Source of the DNA: Minisyncoccota bacterium
GTDB lineage: Bacteria; Patescibacteriota; Minisyncoccia; UBA6257; GWB1-50-10
Assembly: GCA_041659005.1 (NCBI GenBank)
Contig: JBAZZD010000002.1
Coordinates: 25,817-89,816, forward strand
Length of the DNA: 64,000 nucleotides
Direction: 5' to 3'
Shown here piece after piece: positions 1 to 8,855 of the stretch (position 1 is the stretch's first letter; every line of letters starts with the position of its first letter). Below the pieces are notes generated by a model. That model saw only the letters and a program-made list of their open reading frames with translations, was not told the origin of the DNA and did not search any database. Both the position numbers and the translations under genes were made by a program.

Positions 1-435
1 AGCTCATCATTTAAAGATGGTGATATGATACCAACAAAATATACCTGTGATGGAGAAGACACCAATCCATTGCTTGAAATTCGTCATGTGCCAGATACCG
101 CAAAAAGTTTAGCGCTTATTATTGACGATCCTGATGCAACGCGTGGGGTTCCATGGGATCACTGGTTATTATGGAATATTCCGCCACGATCTCAATATAT
201 TCAAGAAGGCGTTGTTCCATCGGGGGCGATACAAGGAGTAGGAAGTAATGGAAAGGTAAAGTATATGGGTCCGTGCCCAGTAAAAGGGAAAGATCCACAC
301 CGATATGTATTTTCGTTATATGCACTTGATTGCGCATTGGAACTTACTGAGGGTTCAAAAAAAGATGAATTATTACGTGCGATGGAGGGACACGTTATCA
401 TGCGAGCAGAATTAACGGGGAAGTATGAGAGATAA
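1..435 (+). CDS. YbhB/YbcL family (PEBP/Raf kinase inhibitor-like) protein, 5'-truncated by window edge
   Basis: Frame open from base 1 (SSSFKDGDMIP..); motifs DPDA, HW, Y.GPCP, HRY.F.LYALD. Confidence 0.9.
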   Translation, partial: SSSFKDGDMIPTKYTCDGEDTNPLLEIRHVPDTAKSLALIIDDPDATRGVPWDHWLLWNIPPRSQYIQEGVVPSGAIQGVGSNGKVKYMGPCPVKGKDPHRYVFSLYALDCALELTEGSKKDELLRAMEGHVIMRAELTGKYER

Positions 436-440
436 ACATT

Positions 441-520
441 AATTTCGAATGACGAATTTCTAATTTTGAATGAAAGGGAGAAAAAAATTTTAAATTACAA
501 ATTTTGAATTTCAAATAAAA
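441..520. repeat. Degenerate AT-rich heptamer-period repeat
   Basis: aatttcg aatgacg aatttct aattttg; related tracts at 53832-53864 and 58728-58923. Confidence 0.7.
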
Positions 521-534
521 AAGAGGGGAAAATT

Positions 535-999
535 ATGAAACAGCCGAAGAATGATTCTAAATATATTTGGACTACGCATGCGTGGGAAAAAATGCAACAG
601 TATGGAATTTCAGAACAGCGAGTAAAACGCATTGTTCGGTTTCCAAAAAGGACGGAGGAAGGAGTCCTTGATGGTGCGGTTGCGGTAATGTCTCCATGCG
701 GGAGATCCGCTGTAGGAAGACAACCATCGCATACAAGTGAGATGTGGGTGATGTATGTTCTTTTTGATGGAAATCAAAAAGGAATTTCGCCTGCCTGCGC
801 AGGCAGGAATGACGAAATTCGAAATCCTAAACAAGAAAAAGAGAAGAAGAATGAGAGGCCACTTGATAATATACAATCCTTTTTAGGAAATACAGGGAAG
901 AGATTTAAAATTATTACGGTGTGGCGTTATCCTGGAGTAAGTCCGGTGCGAGATGCAATTCCTGATGACGTTTTGTCTGAAATTAGAGCATTATTATAA
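535..999 (+). CDS. Hypothetical protein, DUF4258/RelE-BrnT-like fold suspected; carries in-frame palindromic insert
   Basis: WTTHAWEKM..., KIITVWRYPG; low-complexity middle segment containing PACAGR. Confidence 0.6.
   Translation: MKQPKNDSKYIWTTHAWEKMQQYGISEQRVKRIVRFPKRTEEGVLDGAVAVMSPCGRSAVGRQPSHTSEMWVMYVLFDGNQKGISPACAGRNDEIRNPKQEKEKKNERPLDNIQSFLGNTGKRFKIITVWRYPGVSPVRDAIPDDVLSEIRALL
790..807. repeat. 18-bp perfect palindrome (REP-like)
   Basis: cctgcctgcgcaggcagg; identical copy at 34985-35002. Confidence 0.9.
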
Positions 1000-1007
1000 A
1001 TTTAAAA

Positions 1008-1032
1008 AAGACGCGAAAGATATTTCGCGTCT
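1008..1032. terminator. Hairpin between convergent genes
   Basis: agacgcgaaa-gata-tttcgcgtct. Confidence 0.7.
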
Positions 1033-1368
1033 CTATTTTTGAAAGAAAAGTTCCCAGAAAAAGAGATGTCGCAGCCTCCACAGGTTTGCACTATTTTTTT
1101 TCTTAATGAAATTAACAAGAATGAGCACATATTTTTGTTTTGGCAATTCCCGTTTTACTGGAATTTCCCTTTCCAACTCATTGTGACATAGTCGACATAT
1201 GTCGATTGTTTCACTATTCTCAAAAAACCTTTTTGGATATATATGGTGTTTTGATTTTACCCGCTCTCCTTTTGTTGTGTATGGTTTGTTACATGCACAG
1301 CAACGGGGAATAAATTTTCTTTTGTGGTGATCTTTTCTTTTTCCATATTTTCTTTTATGACGTCCCAA
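1033..1368 (-). CDS. Small HNH endonuclease-like protein
   Basis: CxxC, KHHIYPK, CRLCHN; GGAGG upstream of TTG start. Confidence 0.65.
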   Translation of the reverse strand: MGRHKRKYGKRKDHHKRKFIPRCCACNKPYTTKGERVKSKHHIYPKRFFENSETIDICRLCHNELEREIPVKRELPKQKYVLILVNFIKKKNSANLWRLRHLFFWELFFQK

Positions 1369-1564
1369 TTCTCCTCCGCAATTTTATATATGGGAAAAGG
1401 AAGAACCAGAAAAGTGTCATTTGTGTCATTTTCTTTTTAATGACGCAACTTTTTGGATGGCTGCTTATTATCAGCCTTTTGTGATACCATCGCTCGGAAA
1501 TCATAGCTCCTATCACAAGATAAAAGAACAATACTACTGGCACAATCAAAAAAAGTAATTCCAT
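1355..1564 (-). CDS. Small membrane protein
   Basis: Hydrophobic N-terminus, AAAGGAG upstream, overlaps next gene start. Confidence 0.55.
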   Translation of the reverse strand: MELLFLIVPVVLFFYLVIGAMISERWYHKRLIISSHPKSCVIKKKMTQMTLFWFFLFPYIKLRRRIGTS

Positions 1565-1641
1565 AGCAACTCCTTTTATTTTTTCGTTTTTTTCTTTATT
1601 ATTTAAATGTTAATTGTACGTTCGTACGATACTATAAATTT

Positions 1642-2637
1642 ATGAAATTGTCCATAGGAATTGTTGGTATGCCAAATGTTGGAAAATCGACACTATTTAC
1701 CATTCTTACAAAACAAAATGTGACTGTTGCGAATTATCCTTTTGCGACCATTGATCCAAATGTTGGAGTTGTCCCTGTTCCTGATGAACGTCTTGATTTA
1801 CTTACCACTTTATCAAAGTCAAAGAAAACAATTCCTGCAGTGGTTGAATTTTATGATATCGCAGGGCTTGTGAAGGATGCACACAAGGGAGAGGGATTAG
1901 GGAACCAGTTTTTAGCGAACATTCGAGAATGTAAGGCAATTATACAGGTGCTCCGTTGCTTTAAAGATTCCGATATCATTCACGTTGAACAAACCACTGA
2001 TCCGGTTCGTGATTTAGATATTATTATAACGGAACTTATTTTTAAGGATCTTGATACAGTTATGAAGCGACTCAATAAGTGTGAAAAAGAAACGCGTGCA
2101 GGAGACAAGCAGGCATTACAAGATATAGAGGTATTACGAGCGGTAAAGAAAACACTTGAGAGTGGTGGACTCACAAAAGCATTTGCACATGAATTAATCA
2201 TGAAAGATCTTTCACTTCTTACCGCAAAAGAGCAGATGTTTCTTCTTAATGGTGACGAAGAAGATGTCCCATTGGAATTGAAAGAAAAAATAACCGAGTT
2301 GGGCGGACAATATATAATAATGAATCTTGGATTTATTGAAGATGTGTCTCCAATTATCGTGAAAGCATATGAAGTTTTAAATCTCATCAGTTTTCTCACT
2401 ACGGGGGAGGATGAAACTCGTGCGTGGACGATTGAGCGTGGTGCGAAAGCACCTGAGGCAGCAGGAACAATTCATACTGACTTTGAACATAAATTTATTC
2501 GGGCCGAGGTAGTGAATTATTCAAAACTCGTGGAAGCAGGAGGATGGAGTCAGGCAAAACAAAAAGGATGGCTCCGCTTAGAAGGGAAGGAATATGTTGT
2601 TCAAGATGGGGATGTGATGGAGATTAGACATGGATAA
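1642..2637 (+). CDS. ychF: Redox-regulated ribosome-binding ATPase YchF
   Basis: GMPNVGKST, ANYPFATIDPN, DIAGLV, C-terminal TGS domain EGKEYVVQDGDV. Confidence 0.97.
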   Translation: MKLSIGIVGMPNVGKSTLFTILTKQNVTVANYPFATIDPNVGVVPVPDERLDLLTTLSKSKKTIPAVVEFYDIAGLVKDAHKGEGLGNQFLANIRECKAIIQVLRCFKDSDIIHVEQTTDPVRDLDIIITELIFKDLDTVMKRLNKCEKETRAGDKQALQDIEVLRAVKKTLESGGLTKAFAHELIMKDLSLLTAKEQMFLLNGDEEDVPLELKEKITELGGQYIIMNLGFIEDVSPIIVKAYEVLNLISFLTTGEDETRAWTIERGAKAPEAAGTIHTDFEHKFIRAEVVNYSKLVEAGGWSQAKQKGWLRLEGKEYVVQDGDVMEIRHG

Positions 2638-2736
2638 ATTACCTGCGACAAACAACCAAAAACCTATAACTGAAGAGAAAAGAATGGAGAGGAGCAATAC
2701 TGTCTACTTCTTATTTTCTGTTTTATAATATAGTTA

Positions 2737-3495
2737 ATGTATGAATTAAAGTTGGATCAGTATCAAGGACCACTTGATAAGTTATTAGAACTTATTGAAT
2801 CAAAAAAGATGGAAATTGGCACTATAGCGCTTGCGAGTGTTACTGCAGATTTTTTGCATTACCTTGAAGGATTTAAAATTGATTTAGGAATTGATGAAGA
2901 TTCATTGAGTGAGCACGCACAATATGATGCTCCGCTCGAATTACTTGCGGATTTTCTTGTTGTTGCGTCTCGATTATTGCTTATTAAATCAAAAACACTT
3001 CTTCCTTCGCTTGAACTAACTCCTGATGAACAAGCAGAAATACAAGACTTAGAAGTTCGATTGAAATTGTATCAAGAATTTAAACGAACTCAAGAACACG
3101 TTCGTGCGTGTTGGAGCGATATGCCAAAAATGTATACTCGCGAATTTATGCTTTCTGCTCAAGTATTATTTTATCCGCCATCGAGTATTGGACCCAATGA
3201 ATTGTTAGGCGCAATACTCAAAATTTCTGGAGCGCTTGAATCTGCGATGACTCCAAAAGTCAGAGTAAAAAATCAAATTTTAAATCTTCGCACAAAGATT
3301 GAAGAAGTTATCGCGAAACTTACAAATATTCCTCAGAATTTGCGGGCGCTCCACGGGGAGGGGAATAGGACTGAACTTGTTGTGTTGTTTTTAGCGATAC
3401 TTCACCTTATTAAGCAACAAATCGTGAAAGTGGAACAAGTAGATCATTTTAGCGAAATCATGATTGCGAAGATGGATGCGTTAAAGGTAGAATAA
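2737..3495 (+). CDS. scpA: Segregation and condensation protein A
   Basis: GPLDKLLELI, IKSKTLLP, FLAILHL; next to scpB. Confidence 0.92.
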   Translation: MYELKLDQYQGPLDKLLELIESKKMEIGTIALASVTADFLHYLEGFKIDLGIDEDSLSEHAQYDAPLELLADFLVVASRLLLIKSKTLLPSLELTPDEQAEIQDLEVRLKLYQEFKRTQEHVRACWSDMPKMYTREFMLSAQVLFYPPSSIGPNELLGAILKISGALESAMTPKVRVKNQILNLRTKIEEVIAKLTNIPQNLRALHGEGNRTELVVLFLAILHLIKQQIVKVEQVDHFSEIMIAKMDALKVE

Positions 3496-3507
3496 ATAGT
3501 GAGATAT

Positions 3508-4116
3508 ATGGAAAATATTGCAAAACTTGAAGCATTGCTGTTCTTTTATGGTGAGCCAGTTGATATGTCAGTGATTGCTCGAATTCTTGGAATTACATTG
3601 GAAGAATGTGAGAAAGAAGTTTCACATTATGAACAAATATTGAGTTCATCAAACGGACGAGGGCTTTTGATTTTACGAAAGGGAAATTCAATTCAGCTCG
3701 CAACTAAGCCAGAACTTAAAGAGATTGGTGAGGCAATTGTAAAAGATGAATTTCGTGAATCACTTACTCCGGCGGCACTTGAAACACTTGCGCTTGTTGC
3801 ATATCTTAGTCCAGTAACTCGAGCGACCATTGATTATATACGTGGAGTAAATTCTAGTTATTCAATGAGGAATCTCTCGCTTCGTGGGCTTGTCGAACGT
3901 GGAGAGGAAAAGGGCGCGTCATTTCGTTATTCTCCCACACAAGAGTTTTTAAAACATATTGGTGTACAGCACGTAAAAATGTTACCAGAATATGAGCGAT
4001 ATCATTCGTTACTTCAAACATTCGCTCGAACAATGGAGGAAGTTTCGGTTTCTGAACATGAAGAGAAAAATCCAGAAACGCCATTTGATGAAGTACCGAA
4101 AGAAAAAGCTGAATAA
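3508..4116 (+). CDS. scpB: Segregation and condensation protein B
   Basis: LEALLF, AALETLALVAY..PVTR..IDYIRGVNS. Confidence 0.95.
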   Translation: MENIAKLEALLFFYGEPVDMSVIARILGITLEECEKEVSHYEQILSSSNGRGLLILRKGNSIQLATKPELKEIGEAIVKDEFRESLTPAALETLALVAYLSPVTRATIDYIRGVNSSYSMRNLSLRGLVERGEEKGASFRYSPTQEFLKHIGVQHVKMLPEYERYHSLLQTFARTMEEVSVSEHEEKNPETPFDEVPKEKAE

Positions 4117-4121
4117 TACAC

Positions 4122-5045
4122 ATGAAATCGCATGTTCAATTTTTTCTACTCATCTGTCTCCTTATTGTTTCAGTTGTAATCTCTAACCTTCTTTTTAAAA
4201 AAGATGAACCTATAAGGAATGGTGTTGAGCAAGAGAACAAGGTGATTGTTGAAAAAATCAAACAAAAAAAATATCCAACACGAGATTGGAAAGTTTCTGA
4301 TCCAATAATTGATGCAGAAAGTGCAATGATATATTCACTTGATTCAAACTTTTCATATCTAAATTATCAAACATACAAACAATGGCCAATTGCGTCAATC
4401 ACAAAGTTACTGACAACGGTAGTGTTTATTGAAGACATAGGAATTCGTAAAAAAGTTCCAATGACAAAAACAGCACTTGAGACAGAAGGTTTATCGGGTG
4501 AATTTAAAAGTGGTGAGGTATATTCCGGACAGGACTTTATAACGATAATGTTGCTTGCGTCATCAAATGATGCAGCCACCGCGATCGAAGAGGTTGCTGG
4601 TGGGCGTGAAAAATTTGTTTTGTTATTAAATGCAAAAGCAAAAGCAATTGGAATGAATGATACCTATTTTGAAGATGCGTCAGGACTTTCTCCAAAAAAT
4701 GTTTCCACGTCAAATGATCTTATAAAACTTGCGCGATATATTGCGGAAAAACATCCAGAAATTTTGAGTTGGACGCGATTGCAAAGTTTCTTTGCTCAGT
4801 CAACAAACAGCTCAGAAAGCAGAGTCATTTATAATGTAAACCCGTTTGTAAAGGACTTTCCGTTTTTGGGGGGAAAGACGGGAACCTCACCCGAGGCGCG
4901 AGAAAATGTACTTGGGTTCTTCACTTTTCGAGGTGAACGTGTTGTCTGTATAATCTTAGGAAGTTATGATAGGGTAAACACGAAGGAAAAGATATTTAAT
5001 TGGGTACAGTCGGCGTATCCACAAGAAATTAAGACAATACATTAA
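4122..5045 (+). CDS. D-alanyl-D-alanine carboxypeptidase (peptidase S11)
   Basis: SxxK (ASITK), SxN (SSND), KTG motifs; N-terminal membrane anchor. Confidence 0.92.
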   Translation: MKSHVQFFLLICLLIVSVVISNLLFKKDEPIRNGVEQENKVIVEKIKQKKYPTRDWKVSDPIIDAESAMIYSLDSNFSYLNYQTYKQWPIASITKLLTTVVFIEDIGIRKKVPMTKTALETEGLSGEFKSGEVYSGQDFITIMLLASSNDAATAIEEVAGGREKFVLLLNAKAKAIGMNDTYFEDASGLSPKNVSTSNDLIKLARYIAEKHPEILSWTRLQSFFAQSTNSSESRVIYNVNPFVKDFPFLGGKTGTSPEARENVLGFFTFRGERVVCIILGSYDRVNTKEKIFNWVQSAYPQEIKTIH

Positions 5046-5051
5046 TCATAT

Positions 5052-6098
5052 ATGGTAGCGTTTGAAGCAATTAGAGTTCTTATGTTGTTTGCCCTCTCAT
5101 TTGTGGTTGCTCTTATTATTACTCCGATTGTATTGCGACTTCTTTTAAAGTTTGGGATAAAGAAGAAAAACATCCGTGATGCGGCTACCGCACCCATATT
5201 TCATCAATTTCATAAAAATAAAGGAGAAACGCCAACGATGGGCGGAGTCATCATTTGGGGGACGGTCGTAATTCTTGCATTATTATTTTTTATTTTTGGG
5301 AAATTATTTGGTGGATTTGCAAATTATTTTAATTTTGTAAGTAGATCAGAAACGTATCTCCCGCTTGGGTATCTTTTATTTGCTGCGATCGTTGGTTTAG
5401 TTGATGATTTTTTGGGTGTACTTCGTATTGGGCCAAAGGGAGGGGGGCTTAGCATGCGATACAAGATTATCATGTACACCGTTGTCTCTGCGGTTGGCGC
5501 ATGGTGGTTTTATTTTCGGTTGGGCTGGAACACACTCTATATTCCGTTTATCGGAGATATAACTATTGGATGGTGGTATTTCCCTTTATTTATGTTTGTA
5601 ATTGTTGCTTCTGCATTTTCAACGAACGAGACCGATGGTCTTGATGGACTTGCAGGAGGAACGCTTTTCTTTATCTTTGGAGCGTTTGCAGTTATTGCTT
5701 TTACAATCAAACATTTCGATCTTGCCGCAATGAACGCGGTGATTCTTGGTGCTCTTCTGGCTTTCTTATGGTTTAACATCTATCCTGCGCGTTTTTTTAT
5801 GGGGGATACCGGTTCAATGTCGCTAGGAATTACCGTTGGAGCAATGGCAATGTTAACCAACACGGTATTCTTTTTACCATTTTTTGGATCAATTCTTGTA
5901 TTTGAATCAGTGACAGTAATTATTCAAATGATTAGCAAAAAAGTGAGAAAAAAGAAAATCTTTCTTTCTACGCCGATTCATCATCACTTTGAGGCTCTCG
6001 GATGGCCAGAAACTCAAATTACAATGCGTTTTTGGTTTATAACGGCAGTAACTACCACAATCGGTCTTACACTATTCTTTATCGCTCGGTTTATATAA
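5052..6098 (+). CDS. mraY: Phospho-N-acetylmuramoyl-pentapeptide transferase
   Basis: TPTMGG, DD, NETDGLDGL, FMGDTGS, PIHHHFE. Confidence 0.97.
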   Translation: MVAFEAIRVLMLFALSFVVALIITPIVLRLLLKFGIKKKNIRDAATAPIFHQFHKNKGETPTMGGVIIWGTVVILALLFFIFGKLFGGFANYFNFVSRSETYLPLGYLLFAAIVGLVDDFLGVLRIGPKGGGLSMRYKIIMYTVVSAVGAWWFYFRLGWNTLYIPFIGDITIGWWYFPLFMFVIVASAFSTNETDGLDGLAGGTLFFIFGAFAVIAFTIKHFDLAAMNAVILGALLAFLWFNIYPARFFMGDTGSMSLGITVGAMAMLTNTVFFLPFFGSILVFESVTVIIQMISKKVRKKKIFLSTPIHHHFEALGWPETQITMRFWFITAVTTTIGLTLFFIARFI

Positions 6099-6118
6099 TC
6101 AATAATTTAATTACATAT

Positions 6119-7075
6119 ATGGATCGCTTTTTTCACCATTATTTTTTAAGAAAGAACAAAAGAGAAGAAATTCTTGAAAATAAGGAAATCTTGAAATGTG
6201 ATCAGGCCATATTGAATGTAGACCAGATTTTAAAAGATGAACAAATTGAATTTATTGCAGAAGAGTCTCTAAGTAAAAAAATTACGCAAAAGGTTTTTGA
6301 GACCTTGCCGCAAAAAATAAAAACTGCTTGCAAAAAAACTGCAGACGAAAACCTTATTGAGAGAAAAGAAGTGGAAGAGAGAAGAAATATAAAAGTAGGA
6401 TCAAATTCGCCAGAATTTATAAAGCTAAAAGATGATGGTTCAGTTGTTTTTAAATCAAAAGAAGGAGAGTTAGACAATTTGCGCACAGCAGTTAAAAAGG
6501 GAACTTATTATCGTCGCGAACGGGCGAGTTATATTGTGGATCGATTTTTTGAATTTGATATGGTGCCAACAACTACAATAAAAGAGATTAAGGATGAGAT
6601 TGGATCGGCTCAACGATTTATTGAAGACGCAAGGGAGTTTTGTGAAATTGATTATGAAAGCAAACAAAAGTACAAATCAGAAATAGCAAAACTTTTTATT
6701 TTTGATTATATTATTTGGAATTCGGATCGTCATTCGAGTAATTTTCTTGTGAAGGAAGATAAGTTGTACGCAATTGATAATGGGCTTTCGTTTGGAAATG
6801 ATAGATTTAAACCGTTTATGATTGATAGTCCCATCGATTTCAATTTTAAGGAAGATTTTATTTTAAAAATAAATGAAATTGCAAAAAATGATAAAATATT
6901 GGATATTATGCGACTCTCTCTTGAGGAACATCTTCCCGAAGAAGAGATAAATGCGTGTATTTGGAGAATAAAAAATATTGCAAAGATTTTAAACGACAAA
7001 AGAATTTTAAGTAAAAAAATTGAGGACCGGAGTAAAATTTCAGGAATGTTTATTTATAATTATGAGAAAAATTAA
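6119..7075 (+). CDS. PI3/PI4-kinase-like (HipA-related) kinase
   Basis: VFK, RERASY.VD.....VPTT, GSAQ.F, NSDRH..NFL, AIDNGLSF. Confidence 0.85.
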   Translation: MDRFFHHYFLRKNKREEILENKEILKCDQAILNVDQILKDEQIEFIAEESLSKKITQKVFETLPQKIKTACKKTADENLIERKEVEERRNIKVGSNSPEFIKLKDDGSVVFKSKEGELDNLRTAVKKGTYYRRERASYIVDRFFEFDMVPTTTIKEIKDEIGSAQRFIEDAREFCEIDYESKQKYKSEIAKLFIFDYIIWNSDRHSSNFLVKEDKLYAIDNGLSFGNDRFKPFMIDSPIDFNFKEDFILKINEIAKNDKILDIMRLSLEEHLPEEEINACIWRIKNIAKILNDKRILSKKIEDRSKISGMFIYNYEKN

Positions 7076-7322
7076 TATTAAAAAACTTCAAAACAATGGT
7101 TCAACGTCAATTATAGGAACTTTTTCTCTTGATCATAATGGTGTCGTTTCTTATGTTGGAAATGAAACGTTTTGGGAAAATGTTCAGCTGGAGGGGGTCT
7201 ACACTGTAAAAAATGGGGAAGCACGAACATTTTTTCCTAAAGACGGCTCCGCGTTTTTTGATAATTTAAAGTATCACTTTAAGTCCGCTTATTTATTTGC
7301 AGAGGAAGAACAAGAAAAATAA
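7062..7322 (+). CDS. Small hypothetical protein coupled to the kinase (candidate immunity protein)
   Basis: 86 aa; ATG lies 14 nt inside the kinase 3' end. Confidence 0.65.
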   Translation: MRKINIKKLQNNGSTSIIGTFSLDHNGVVSYVGNETFWENVQLEGVYTVKNGEARTFFPKDGSAFFDNLKYHFKSAYLFAEEEQEK

Positions 7323-7349
7323 TTTTGTTTTTACTATAATGAATGTACT

Positions 7350-8855
7350 ATGGCTGTTCTCATAAAAAATGGCTTGGTATATGACGGATTAGGAAATGTC
7401 CCAGAACAGAAGGACATTCTTATTCGTGGACAGATCATTTCAAAAATTGGGACACTGTCTCGAACACGTGGAGATGAGGTAATTGATGCGAATGGGATGG
7501 TTATAACTCCCGGATGTATTGATGTGACATCGCACTCTGATCATCATTATTCTCTTTTTTATGAGCCCAACCAAGAAGATTTTCTTTCGCAGGGAATAAC
7601 TTCAATCATTGGTGGAAATTGCGGAGTTTCTCTTGCTCCATTGTTTGGGGTCCTTCCTGATATCGCTGCGGAGTGGGGAAGCAATGCTGGGATAAATGCA
7701 AGTTGGAATACAATGCGAGATTTTCTTTTATATTTTGAAAAAAAACCACTGGGAGTGAATTTTGGAACACTGGTGGGGTACACCGGACTTCGAAAGGGGA
7801 TTACAAAGAATGTATTTAGAGATCTGACTGATGGAGAATTAAATTCAATATCACGAATGATTGAAATTTCAATTCGTGAGGGAGCACTTGGTGTCTCATT
7901 TGGATTGGAACATATCCATGGGGTTCGAACTCCTTTCTATGAAGTTGAACATATTGCAAAGATGGTCGCACATTGTGGTGGAGTCTGTGCTATTCACATG
8001 CGTGACATGAAAGAAAAAATTCTTGAGTCAGTTCAAGAATGTGTTGAAATTTCTGAGCACTCGGGAGGTAATATACATATTAGTCATATGCAGCCAATAA
8101 AAAAATATGGCAAACAATATGCTGATGCGCTTGCGTTTATTTCGGCGCACGCAAATGCTGCTCATGTGCACTTTGATGTAAATACATTTGAAACAATTCC
8201 GTTACTTTTGTATGAATTACTTCCCGAATGGGCACAGGATGAGTCATTTGAACGAATGTGCGAAGGTATTCAATCAAGTGTATTTTCGTCTCGGATTATC
8301 GAATTTATTAAAAATAATGTCGCGCGAGATTATATAATTAGTCATGTTCCTGATAAAGCGTTGAAATTTCTTGAAGGAAAGTCAATTCGAGAACTTGCCC
8401 TCCGTGAAAACAAATCATATGAATCGATGATTCTCCAATTGATGATTGTAACAAGATTTAGGGCTACTGTGAGCGCTAAAATAGTTGATATGCCGTCAGT
8501 ACAAAATGCAATATATAACTCACAATCAATAATTTCCTCAAATGGTGCTGCGTTTGGCAAAAAGGAGTTTAAGCAGCATCAAGGGACAAATACAATTCCA
8601 GATTTCTTCTCCTTAATACGACAAAACAAGACTATTCCTTTTGAGAAAGCAGTTGAAAAAGTGACGGCTATACCAGCAAAAAAATTTGGAGTTAAAAAAA
8701 GAGGAGGTATTATTGAGGGAAATTATGCGGATATTGTTGTTTGGTCGGACGATAGACCAATGCACGTTTTTATAAATGGATCACAATCATGGAATTTTGA
8801 AAATGGATTTTGCGGAGTGCGTAATGGAATGGTAATTACCTCAACAGTTTCATGA
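7350..8855 (+). CDS. Amidohydrolase, N-acyl-D-amino-acid deacylase-like
   Basis: PG.ID..SHSD, QGIT....GNCG.S, H.R, ISH, G..ADIVV. Confidence 0.85.
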   Translation: MAVLIKNGLVYDGLGNVPEQKDILIRGQIISKIGTLSRTRGDEVIDANGMVITPGCIDVTSHSDHHYSLFYEPNQEDFLSQGITSIIGGNCGVSLAPLFGVLPDIAAEWGSNAGINASWNTMRDFLLYFEKKPLGVNFGTLVGYTGLRKGITKNVFRDLTDGELNSISRMIEISIREGALGVSFGLEHIHGVRTPFYEVEHIAKMVAHCGGVCAIHMRDMKEKILESVQECVEISEHSGGNIHISHMQPIKKYGKQYADALAFISAHANAAHVHFDVNTFETIPLLLYELLPEWAQDESFERMCEGIQSSVFSSRIIEFIKNNVARDYIISHVPDKALKFLEGKSIRELALRENKSYESMILQLMIVTRFRATVSAKIVDMPSVQNAIYNSQSIISSNGAAFGKKEFKQHQGTNTIPDFFSLIRQNKTIPFEKAVEKVTAIPAKKFGVKKRGGIIEGNYADIVVWSDDRPMHVFINGSQSWNFENGFCGVRNGMVITSTVS

